DNA of 64,000 nucleotides from Octopus sinensis (Eukaryota): NCBI RefSeq assembly GCF_006345805.1, contig NC_043004.1, positions 74,648,001 to 74,712,000 of the forward strand, read 5' to 3'. Shown piece by piece: positions 50,613 to 62,495 of this stretch (position 1 is its first letter; each line of letters starts with the position of its first letter). The notes under the pieces were generated by a model. It saw only the letters and a program-made list of their open reading frames with translations, ran no database searches and was not told where the DNA came from. The position numbers and the translations under genes were made by a program.

Positions 50613-50914
50613 GTTGTATTTAGGAATGGTCATTTTGCCAGTTTAGCCAATAAAAACACACGCACTATATATTTGGAGTTACTTTGCTTCAGCGTTATTT
50701 ATTTTTTTACTTTTTTTACATTAATCTTAATCTTATTTCGGCCAGAGTTCTTTCGGCACACACCTGTGACCTCATCAGTAGTCCTTTGCTGTCTTCTTTC
50801 TTATTTGTGTGTCTCTCCTTACTAACGGTCAGCCATTTTGTATTTTGTATTCCTATTGTATGTGTCTTCATTTGCGCATATTAAACTGGCAAAATGACCA
50901 TTCCTAAATACAAC
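50613..50914. mobile_element. Short element with a 33-bp perfect terminal inverted repeat and a degenerate hammerhead core (minus strand)
   Basis: 50613-50645 is the reverse complement of 50882-50914; minus strand has CTGATGA-GGTCA...TGGCC-GAAA at about 50735-50778. Confidence 0.55.
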
Positions 50915-51679
50915 GATATCTGTTTCAACACACGATTTCGCATAAAAACTCTTGAAAAACAAATGTATTAGTTATTATAGGTTTACTATTAATACTGATA
51001 CAGATATACATAGATTTATGTATATCTTTGTTGTAGTTTAATTTTAAAGTTAGTGTTTAATCCTGCCTTTACTTAAAGGTTTGGTCGCTGTTTAGTTACA
51101 TATTTAGGAGTTGGTTATTGGTTTACTTATTGAATTTTTTATTGATACTGTTGTACATAGGGTAAATGTGTTTGAAATTTGTGGTTTCTTTGGCATGTTT
51201 GTTCCCAAACAACACTTATTTTAGTGATGTTGACACCGCCGGATTGAATGGTACTGCCCAAGTCTCGAAACCATAAGGATGTCCGTGGGGCAGCTGATGA
51301 TAGATTTATGTTGGATTGTTGGTATGATTGTTTTTGTATATGTGAAATCGTGTTATAACACATCCTGTTGATATATACATATATATATATATACATATAT
51401 ATAATTTGCTATGTATAAATATATTCTTTGTACACATTCATAGATGTATATATACTGAGAGAGATTTTGGGTAGCTTTGATCATGTGATTTCCAATGTTT
51501 GTTCAGAGAACGGAGCCTTATAACCTATGCTAGAAGTGATCTAGTACATCCAGTTTCAAAATGATCCGATTGTTTTCTAACGACGCGATCCTGCACAAAC
51601 GCTCGCCGTATCAGACTGAAATATTTATTCTAATGGATAGCAAACGCCAAGTATGTGTGTGTATGTGTGTATGTATTTT

Positions 51680-52677
51680 TTAAATCTTGTTGTTGCTGCT
51701 GTTTTTTTGCATCATTGTTGTTGGCGTTGTTTTTACTCAGTTTTATTTCTTTTACCTTTCTCGGGAATTCCTTTGGGAAATTTATGAGTAGCTTCATAGA
51801 TAAATGTTTTAAATTTTCTTTGTTCTTTGAAAAGTAAAGTAATCAAAAAATTAAGGAACATTTTTCAGGAAGTTGTTTTTTTTAAACAAGTTTCTAAGCC
51901 TAAGAATGCACTACCGGAAAGTTAGAAGACAGAGGTCCACATTGGAATTTACTAGTCTGAAGTATTATTTTTTCATGACCCCTGAAAATCTACCGTAGAC
52001 TTCCAATTTACTACATTGTATCCGTGGACCACTAAAAATCTTATATGGACCTGGGTTCAGAACCCTTGGTCTAAGCAATCTTACATTTTATTATTTTCAA
52101 CGTTTGTTTATAGGACGGAGATCCACTTATAATAACAGATGCTAGAGGGAAGCAAGTACATCCTGCTGTAACATTATTCGATTGTTTTCTGGCGACGCTA
52201 TTGTGCACAAATGTGTGCTGTGTCATACGGAAATATTTCTTCCAGTAGATTTAAACATATTTAAACTTGTATTTTAACTTCAAAATTTACAAGCTTAATA
52301 TATTTCTCATTTTAAAGGTGACATATCTTCTACTGATCCATTCTCTGTATTGAAATATTTGGCAAGGCATAATGGTATTTCTATCAAGTGTTACAAAACG
52401 TGATGATTTCAAATGCCACCAATACAGCTTGCCTTAATGTAAACAATTAATGCTTCTATAAACAAAAGCAAATGATTAAAAATAACCTCCAGATGTTCAT
52501 ATTTCTGATAATATTTGTTAGTCTTAATTTGCACCTTTTGTTTTCATAATTATTTTCGTGAGAAATTCCCGTCCCGCACGTTTTGGAGTTCGTTTCAATT
52601 GTTCAGTAAACGCATAAGTATCGATGGTAAACCTTCCAGAATCAGTTGTGGTGTTGCCAATTGACCAAACGACAACC
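51680..52677 (+). promoter_or_regulatory. Upstream region/promoter of peptide gene B
   Basis: Collinear with 5665-6250 plus 7170-7572; CATAAGTA (52613) is 31 nt before the A of TCAGTT; kappaB-like GGGAATTCC (51763) and AGAAATTCCC (52561). Confidence 0.55.
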
Positions 52678-52726
52678 ATGGTGCAAAGAACATTAATTAT
52701 ATTTGCTATCCTGCTGTTTGTAACAG
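52678..52726 (+). CDS. Peptide gene B exon 1, signal peptide MVQRTLIIFAILLFVT
   Basis: ACCATGG context, same 49-nt length and phase-1 ACAG|GTAAG donor as gene A. Confidence 0.85.
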
Positions 52727-53279
52727 GTAAGAAAAAGTAAAATAGTATATATATTCAACTTATCACTTCTCTTTCTTATTCATTTATTGATATTGTGTTG
52801 CAGTCATGAGAGAATGTTCATAACATTGTAGTATTTAGTTAAAGCTTTTTCTATCCCTTTCAATTGGGCCAGGGTTGATGTTAACTTCCAGACATCAGTG
52901 GGTTGATTATATACTGTCAAGTCAAATTTTATCCCTTTTCTTAAGGATGAAATCTTGTGCGTATATTATTAAATTATTATTTTGTTTGAGTCAGTAAAAG
53001 TTTCACAAAATCATTACCAGCAGTCCATCAGTTTGTGGTCAATTCTTGCTAAGATTAACTTTGCCTTCTTAGTTTTCTGTTCGATAAAATTAGTTTCAGA
53101 TCCAGAACGAAGATAGATTTCGTCGAGTTTACCCTTGCACCGATGTGTCTGGCCATGTAATAAATTAATCATCAGTAGTTTGGCAGAGTCAGTGGAATGT
53201 AGTTAATTCAAATCAGCTTTAATCTTTCTAGGTGAATTGCTGATTGTGCAAAGAAGACTTCAAATGTAACTAGTGGCGA

Positions 53280-54150
53280 TTTTTCTTGAAAATGGACAGT
53301 TTTGCATCGTGATGTTATCAAGTACATGCAGAAAAAGTGTTTAGCGTCCAATGACATTCATGCTGACATGGTTGCTACATTAGGGGATGAAGCTCCAGCT
53401 TTATCAACAATGCAAAAGTGGGAAGCTGAATTTAGGGGAAGGGAGATTCTTGAAAATTGATTGTATTCACAACGTTGTGAAGAACGACAGGTGACTGACT
53501 ATAAATCGAACAGCCAAAGATTTTACAGTATCCTGTGAGAGAGTAGAAACTATTCTGAATAATACAATTGGCGTGCTCGGTGGATGCCAGTCTCCTAACA
53601 ACTGATCTAAAGCGCACCAGGCTGATCACATCATGAGAAAATCTGACATTTACACAGATCCAGCTGCTTTCCTTAAACATTTCTATTCAATATTGAGTAA
53701 TGGTTTCATCACTTTGAGCCAGAGGCAAAGAGACAATGCATGCAGTAGAAACAATCCCTCTTACCTCCTACAAAGAAGGCCAAGGTCGTTTCATCTGCAT
53801 GGAAGATAATGGCGTCAGTGTTTCGAGATACGAAAGGTACTGCGTTGACTGACTATCTTCAAAAGAGGCACACCATCAAAGGAGAGTATTATTCGAAATT
53901 GATGGAGCAGTGACGAAAAACTACGAAGATCAAGTGTTCCAGAAAACTGACGGACGGGGTATTTTTCATCAGGACAATGCTCCAGCACACAAATACTGTG
54001 TTTAAATGGCTGCTGTACGTGACTGGGGGTTTGAACTAGTTGATCAACTCCCAATTCTCCTGACTTGGCCCTGTCAGACTATCATCCTCCACATCTAAAA
54101 ACACTTCGCTGGGAACCAGTATTGCAGTGATGATATATGTTGTTGCTACT
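53280..54150 (+). mobile_element. Degraded mariner in the gene B intron
   Basis: FHQDNAPAH, SPDLALSDY and AKVVSSAWKIMASVF remnants. Confidence 0.8.
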
Positions 54151-55628
54151 AGTTACTTCTGAAATCTTTTTTTCAAAGGACAGATATCAATTTACCTGTA
54201 ATGAAATAATTTTGTTATTAAAAATGGTTACAATTAATGTATGCAGCATTTCATAGCTCTAGCGTCACTCTCACATAGTCAGCATATGAAATTTTCAGCC
54301 CTCCCTCGCAACAAATCAATGAAACTCACACATATGGACACGGCCCATACATATGTATACATATACATTCATATGCATATTTGTGAAGGTGGGAGTGTGT
54401 GTATAATTTTGTCTTTCATAAATGCCAGCTGAAAAGTACCAATTACAAGTTAAACGATTACTAATGGAAATCATTCCATCTACTTCTCTACACAGATGTT
54501 ATTGTATTTCATAAAATACATGATTTTGGCGATGTTAGAAAACCCAAAGTGTTACCGTATGATATTTAAAGAGACAAAAATAAGATTATAAAGCCACTTA
54601 GACAGCAATCAAACGTTGGGTAATCCTATAGATAATGCGGTTTTTTATACTTCTTTTATTTTTCAAAATTAAGATAACCAAAGTTCTTTTATAATCTAAA
54701 ATATACTCTGCTTAATTTTCTACAATACTTTTCCATCTGTCTGCTAGACCTGCAAAGCACCTCTTCCAAAATTCACTTGTGCATGATGAAAAATACTCTT
54801 CCAGAACTGTTCTGATCTCGTCGGCTTATTTCTGTTACAAATCTATGGATAATTCTGTACACATTCGATGCATGAGTTATTCAAATGGGATAAAGAGAAT
54901 ACAATTTAGTCAACTTTCTTAGTGTCACATTTAAATATCAAATGTTGAATAACAACTGTGTCAGGTCTATGACACACATTAATTTGTTTTATGATCAAGT
55001 ATGAAAAGTCGAGTAATTAGAAAAAAAAGAAATAGGTATGTCCTAACTACAGTTAAAATGTTTTTATTTATAAGTACGGATGATGAGAGAGAAAGAAGGT
55101 GAGTGCTGTGTATTATGTCTATGAAATTATTCCTTCCCCAAGCGGATATCATTGTATATAAAATTTGTATCATATTCTCACCTCCATTTTTGAAATACAC
55201 AGCAGTAATAACATCCAGGCAAGGGGATATATTATAATAAATACACAAGTGTATATACAGCAATTACAATAATAATCCATCGATGGAATTTATAAATATT
55301 TTATTGCATCGCTACGCACGTTTCCACAAATTACAAGTTTCTTTATAGCATAGACCATATTCTTAGGATAAATGCACTGTAGTCCATGGGCAACCAGTGT
55401 CCTCGTTTACATCATGTTCATGCATTCAGTTCTTCGAGCAAAATAATATTAATACATGCTTAACGGATGTTTTTTTTATGAATTTTGACAAATGAGAAAG
55501 TAGACTGGGGTATGTGGGCAGTTTTATAGCAGACTGGTGGGTTGTATGTTCCATTTCATTGCGTTTGAGCCTCAGGATGAAGTTAGCATATGTGTGTGTG
55601 TGTGTGTGTGTGTGTATGCATATATATA

Positions 55629-55700
<72 letters not shown>

Positions 55701-55843
55701 AATAAATATATATATATATATATAAATAAATATATATATATATGGATATGTATATATATATGTATACATATATAAAGCAATACAATACGTGTGTCATAGA
55801 GCAAATATTCTATTGTGTGTGTGTGTGTGTATGCATATATATA

Positions 55844-55924
<81 letters not shown>

Positions 55925-55925
<1 letters not shown>

Positions 55926-56925
55926 AACTTAGATAAAACTTAGATATGTTTCGACCAAAGATTGGTCCAGGCCATGTCTAACTTAATAGCACCACCTGCT
56001 AGGATTATTCGAATCCTGTTTAAGTCAAGTTTTGTTTAAGTCAAGTTTTGTTCAAGTAGTGAGTTCTTGTTGGGTGAGTTGTATCCAATTATGGGTGGCT
56101 TATCTGGTATTCTTTGAAGGAATCTATCCAGACTCTGTTTAAAGTTGATGGGATCCTTTTCCTCTTTGATCTCCCTCGGGACAATGTTAAATAGGGCAGG
56201 GCCTGTTGAGGAAAAGAAATTATGTTGTAGTGTACATGTATGTTGTGATCTTGAATTTAACAGGGGACGTATAGCCCGTGGTCCAAGTCTTGGATGGACC
56301 TTGAAGCTAATGTTTAGGTCGTTTGGGCAAAGTTGGCGGTATATTTTCCACATCGTACAAATGATGTACCGCTCACGGCGACGCTGTAGGGAGTAAAGTT
56401 TCAAGGCTTTAAGGCGATCCCAATAATCGAGAGCAGCCATGCCTTCAATTTGTTTAGTGAGAGTCCTCTGGGGTGACTCAATTCTGGAGATGTTTTGTCT
56501 TGTGTGAGGAGACCACAGTGGGCAGCAGTATTCAAGGTGTGGCCGTACAAAGGAGGAAAAAGGTGGTATGATGACACCTTGTTCTCTGGACCGGAAAGTT
56601 CTTAAGATCCAGGAACTCATCCTACGAGCTATATCGACCTTCTTGTTGATGTGTGCACTCCAACTGAGATCGTCATCAACAATTACACCCAGGTCTCTGA
56701 TATTGTTAGAGGCTGCGAGCGGTTCCCCTGAAGGAAGAGAGTATGGTTGTTTTAGTGAGGAATTTCTTCCAAAATGCATCAGCTCAAATTTTCCCTCTTT
56801 CAGTTGCATTTTGTTTCTGTCTGCCCATTGACTCACAGCATATAGATCAGACTGGAGTTGAGTTCGGTCTGCTTCTTCATTGACGATTTGCTGGAACTTA
56901 GTGTCATCAGCGAATATTTTCACTG
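55925..56925 (-). mobile_element. Second, shorter copy of the 48.2-49.7 kb LINE, also in (TA)n
   Basis: Nearly identical translation (ORF 56036-57118); the 16-bp repeat is present only twice. Confidence 0.92.
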
Positions 56926-57000
<75 letters not shown>

Positions 57001-57524
57001 TATATATATGGATATGTATATATATATGTATACATATATAAAGGAATACAATACGTGTGTCATAGAGCAAATATTCTATTGTAGGACTTAAACTACGGCA
57101 TTCATCTCGAGAAAACATCTCTTAAAAACATATAGTATTAATAAAGTACTGAAGTATATCACTAGCAAGCGATAATAGCAGCTTCATAATGGCATAGTTA
57201 AATACAAATGTCTTTCTTCTGCTTTAGATATATGTAGGAGCAAGTATCCTTAAGCAATCGCATGCTAAAATTAATTACTACTAATATACTGTGGGACACA
57301 CACAAAAAAAAACTGGTTCAGGAGTATCCAGTGGTACAGACGTATCTCGTTGGGTGATAAATAAATAAATAATGTCGTTAAAATGACTGTTCCATAATAC
57401 AACTGCCCGTTTTGTAGAGAGAAAAACAGCCAGACGGAGGAGAATTTTTCATATATACATATAGATCCCAAAATAAAATTGCATAAGTATATATGTGCGT
57501 GTGTGTGTGTGTATTTGTGTGTGC

Positions 57525-57560
<36 letters not shown>

Positions 57561-57589
57561 ATGTATGTATGTATGTATGTATGTATGTA

Positions 57590-58335
57590 TAATGATATTA
57601 TTGTTTATAATAATATCAGTGGCTTAGCATGCGTTAAAACCGATAACCGTGAAAAGAAATTATCAATTAATAATTAAGTGTACTAACGTGCTAAATATAG
57701 CAGCCAAGGTAACCAAACCACAAATTTTTCACTAAAACACCAAGTTGAAAGCAAGTAAATGACAGAAAATCCTAAATCCCCGTACCAATGATGAAAATAA
57801 TCGAAAACTGAAAAAGGCATCGTGATTTCGAACGTTGAGAAAAATTCTTAGTTTATCTTTGTGGTTTGGTCATTTTGACTGCTATATTTATAAGCCAGTA
57901 CTGCTTGTTAGTACCCTTAATTATTAATCGATATTTTTTTAACGCTATGGGCATTTTATGCATGTTAAGCCACTGATATTATCATAAATAACATTATCCT
58001 CATATATATTTAAATAATTTTTATTCACTTCTATCATTTTCTAAAATTTGCTTCGGCATTAAAACGGTCATCGTACAAATTGGTGAGATGAATAATCTCT
58101 ATAACCCTGTAGCAATAAGACTCATTGAAGATAAACTCATTGAAGTTCGATATGACGGTGATACGGGTATGTCTGGCTTCTTCAACTTTCGATTATTTTC
58201 CTCATTGGTAGAGGATTTGGGGATATTTATTCGTTTGCCCGCGTCCACTATTGCGTCTAAATGAAATTTTGTAGTTTGGTCATTTTGACTGCTATATTTA
58301 GCATGCTGGTACTGTTTGTCAGGACCCTCAAGTAT
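57590..58335. mobile_element. Old ~410-bp monomer element with an inverted arm
   Basis: 57590-57725 is inverted relative to 57858-58000; 57765-57820 is inverted relative to 58172-58228; 57858-57925 repeats directly at 58268-58335. Confidence 0.55.
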
Positions 58336-58440
58336 TAATATATATATAAACCTATTTTCAAATTCACATAATGAATTAAATGTTTCACACACACGCATAT
58401 ATATATATATGTATGTTTCTACATATTTATATGTATGTGC

Positions 58441-58529
<89 letters not shown>

Positions 58530-58534
<5 letters not shown>

Positions 58535-59335
58535 AGGAGTATCAGGTTCTCTTTGATTTCTTACATCTCATTTTTCAAGACAACTCGATATTTTGATGAA
58601 CAGCTTAAAGTTGTAACTATCAGATAAATGTTAGCTGCCATGCTGGGCTAGAATATTGAAAAAGATTTATCTACATCATGATGAATTGTCCCGGGTAAAA
58701 AAATGTCGATATCATGAGTGCTGCCAAATGCACTGTGATCACTTTTAAGACGGAGACTACGAAACTGGCCGGCAGGAAGGGACATAGCAGGCGTTCTGGC
58801 TGTGCCTGCGCTTCGAAGTTCATCCATCTTCTTTGAACAGAATGTAAGTCTCAATTCAGATGGTATGAGAATCTTCTGGAGATTGGTCAAACCATAGCCG
58901 GAAAGGGTTACTGATTGAACACCATATATGTGACGGAAAGAAACAGAATAGTTGTCGGAGAATTTCTACGAGTTGACATGCCCTGATTTCTGGCCTCCTA
59001 CTTCCTCCTATTGTCATCCTATGGATTACTGTATGTGGGGTACGGTTTAAGAAGACACCAGCCACTGTGCCTGTAATACAAAGATCGTACTGGTGGTAAA
59101 GATCAAGGAGCTCGAAAGTGAAGGTGTTTGAAAATCTTTCCAAAGATATAGTGAGGGACGCACTACTAGGTTCCGGAAAAGACTCGACGCCGTGGTGGAA
59201 GATGTGGACGGCTACCTTGAGTCGACTGTTATCTCCAGGCCATAAGCTAGTGGATGGTTTTTTTAATAATTTCATTTCTGGATAAGAGGTTAAGTTTTCT
59301 TTTCCTTTTATGCAATCTTTTAAGTTTGCCCGCAT
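58530..59335 (-). mobile_element. Tc1/mariner-superfamily transposon remnant
   Basis: Starts TACAG after a microsatellite; transposase-like remnants with a WPP-SPD-NP-D-like segment near 58980-59040; orientation uncertain. Confidence 0.45.
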
Positions 59336-59439
59336 AACCTTTGATGCATGCACACGCACACACATATACACACATACACATACAAATAAACACACACATA
59401 AACATAAATTCATACACACATACATATATATTGTCATCG

Positions 59440-60200
59440 TTCATTTTATTTCAAGATTTCTTGCCAATAGAGGAAGAACCGGTTTCTAACCTAGATTCAA
59501 GGCTCCTTCATTGAAATTTCAACATTAACAACAGGGTATTTCTGTTTGTATGTATGTATGTGTACAGATTTGTATGTTTTGCTTTATGTATGTATTCTCC
59601 TGCATATGGTTGCATATCTAGACATGCTCATATATATTTTAATGATAAACTTCCGGAAAGTTTTACAGATTTTTACAGTTCCAGTGATGGATTGGATCTG
59701 TAGTCTTCGAATTAGTTTTTTCCATTCTGGTTTTGAGAAGCCAAATTTCTCAAGATTGGTATTTAGGCAGTGCGTTACATATCCCAGTGTGCCAATAATT
59801 GCAAGTATATACCTGAACTTGTAATCTGGATAGAATAAGTGCACATTTCTCAATAGTTCAGTGTAGGTATTCTCTTTTTCACTGATCTTCAGCTTTATGT
59901 TAACATCCGCTGGGCAGCTAATTTCCACAACTGTACACGGTTTCTCTTCTCTATCCCAAATCATAATATCAGGTCTATCGTGCTTACATTTTATTGAGCT
60001 CTTTGGTATATTTCACCAGTATTCCTTTTTATTATGAGTGAATATAGCTTCTATCATACTGTGGGTTCTTATTTCTTTGTCCTCGGGGCCATCCCTCCGA
60101 CGGATTTCATCATAGAGTGTCCTAGCTACAACGTCGTGTCTCATCGGTAGATAATACCGTGATGACATTTTCAGACAACTGCTTATGATGTGGGTGACTT
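59440..60200 (-). mobile_element. R4/Dong 3' fragment
   Basis: IWDREEKPCTVVEISCPAD; homologous to 38500-39260. Confidence 0.85.
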
Positions 60201-60287
60201 CTATGAATGTGTGTATTTATGTATATGCATTTGTAGATATAAATTTGACAAAAATATTTTTCCTTTCCTTTTATATTAAGAATATAT

Positions 60288-60695
60288 AGGCGCAGGAGTG
60301 GCTGTGTGGTAAGTAGCTTGTTTACCAACCACATGGTTCCGGGTTCAGTCTCACTGTGTGGCACCTTGGGCAAGTGTCTTCTACTATAGCCTCGGACCGA
60401 CCAAAGCCTTTTGAGTGGATTTGGTAGACGGAACCTGAAAGAAGCCAGTCGTATATATGTATATATATGTATATATGTGTGTGCGTATATGTTTGAGTTT
60501 GTCCTCCTAGCATTGTTTGACAACCGATGCTGGTGTGTTTATGTCCCCGTAACTCAGCGGTTCGGCAAAAGAGACCGATAGAATAAGTACTGGGCTTACA
60601 AAGAATAAGTCCCGGGGTCGAGTTGCTCGATTAAAGGCGATGCTCCAGCATGGCCGCAGTCAAATGACTGAAACAAGTAAAAGAGAGTAAAGAGA
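60288..60695 (+). mobile_element. tRNA-derived SINE with a LINE-like 3' tail
   Basis: A box TGGCTGTGTGG, B-box-like GGGTTCAGTC, CCTTGGGCAAG core, tail CTCCAGCATGGCCGCAGTC...CTGAAACA. Confidence 0.8.
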
Positions 60696-60855
60696 GATAT
60701 GAAAATAGATTTCAAATTTAATTTTGTTTCTAAAAATATGCAAAATAACACAAATTTCAGGTATGAATATTTGACCAAGAGACTTTTCTTCGTTTTCCAC
60801 TTTCCAAACACGTGTTATAATGTTTACCTGATAACATGCTAAAGGCCGCGAAAAA

Positions 60856-61175
60856 TGCTTCCATATGATCTCCGTACGTTGACCTCTTCGGTTTGGCTGC
60901 AATTTTTGAAATTTTAAAATTAAGTGAAAATATTCAAATTTGGTGTATTGATGTAATTTTTGACGCTGCATTGCAAGGTTTAATTCCTTTGATCCAGAAA
61001 AATTTTGAAAATAGTTACAGAGGTTTGAATTGTGGTAATTTATATTCAGTCGACAAAAAAAAAGCATTTGGGAGTTGTCGTTTTGTGCGTGACTGCGATC
61101 GTAAGACGACTAAGCTATAATGTGAACGTTGCAGCCAAACCGAAGAGGTCAACGTACGGAGATCATATGGAAGCA
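60856..61175. repeat. 47-bp perfect inverted repeat (MITE-like)
   Basis: 60856-60902 is the exact reverse complement of 61129-61175. Confidence 0.8.
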
Positions 61176-61770
61176 CATGTTTTAAGTATTTAATAAGCGA
61201 AAATGATTTTAAGAAACCGTGTAAGCAGCATATATTTTGTAGGTTTTCACAATCAGTATGCATTTAATTCGAAAAAGGATTAAACAACACATTATTTTTA
61301 AGAGTAGAAAAAGATGGGCACAAGCTGGAAAACAGCACAAAAATCACGTGGTCTTTTGTAATCACTTTTCCAGCGTTATATATATATCTATGGGTTTCGA
61401 TCGGCTAAAACAACTCAAAATTTGCAATCCTTTAGAGCTATTAGTTCTTAATTTATTGACTTATGACGAAAGTTCATCTCATGTCAATAATGAGCATACT
61501 TAACACCAAACTTGAAATCAATTGGAACAAAATTGCAGAAATTGAAAAACCGGCAGCCAAACAAAAAAGAACCCCGGGCATTTCCATACATTCAGATCTT
61601 TGTGAATTAGCTTTTCTAAAACAAGTTTTCATATAATTTAGATATATTTCATATAGCTTTTTAATGCAATAAGAACTTCTTGACTGAATAAATTTATTTT
61701 TTTAAATGTGTGTGTATTTGTGTATAATACACTTTCCTGTACTCATTTCGATTATTTTCTTACTTTACAG

Positions 61771-61940
61771 CAGTGCAGTCTTGCTATTGGAATTACTGTG
61801 GTGGTCACTGGTATAATCCATATACTCAGAGGTGTTGTGGAACAACGATAATCCCCTGGTGGAGAGCACATTGTTGTCGTGGATGGTTGCATGGGTGGCC
61901 TTGGTGGAATAGGCATTGGCATTGGTATCTCGTATGTTGA
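61771..61940 (+). CDS. Peptide gene B exon 2: secreted Trp/His/Cys-rich galaxin-like peptide (72-aa precursor)
   Basis: TTTTCTTACTTTACAG acceptor in phase 1 gives (A)VQSCYWNYCGGHWYNPYTQRCCGTTIIPWWRAHCCRGWLHGWPWWNRHWHWYLVC*; 3' UTR homologous to gene A; AATAAA at 62256. Confidence 0.8.
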
Positions 61941-62495
61941 GATAAATCCCAGCAAGATACTAATTCTGTAAGCGACCAAGGATGAAATATGACAAATTGC
62001 TCGATCCTCTCTCAATGATCCAATCACTTATATAATAACTTTCGTTATATAGATTACTAATGTTCCCATGCGATAAATGATGCTATTATTCATATAGTTT
62101 ATATAATGCCGCTGACACCGACATTTCAAACCTTTTTCGTCTATAACATAAAACTTAACAAAATATTTTTCTTCGTACAAATATTTTGTTATCTTTCTTT
62201 CGTCAGTCATAGATAATTTGTTTAAATTGAGAAAGCATCATCGCACACAGAATTTAATAAAAGACTAAAATAAAATTTGGTGTATTCTAGTTTCTTTTTC
62301 GTTTTTCATAAGACAAAGTCTAAATGAATATAAGGACTCCCAATTTATATGAGTTGCAATCAAATTACACTTTGACATCAACATAGATTTGAAACAGTCT
62401 CTTCGAGATCCTAAAGTCAACAAAAATTTGCCATTATTGCAAGGTGTATCACATAGTTTTAAATGTACGCATATATATATATATATATGAACACA

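Noticed and set aside
61752-62027. 91-aa minus-strand Pro-rich ORF
   Set aside because: Antisense shadow of the TGG-rich gene B exon
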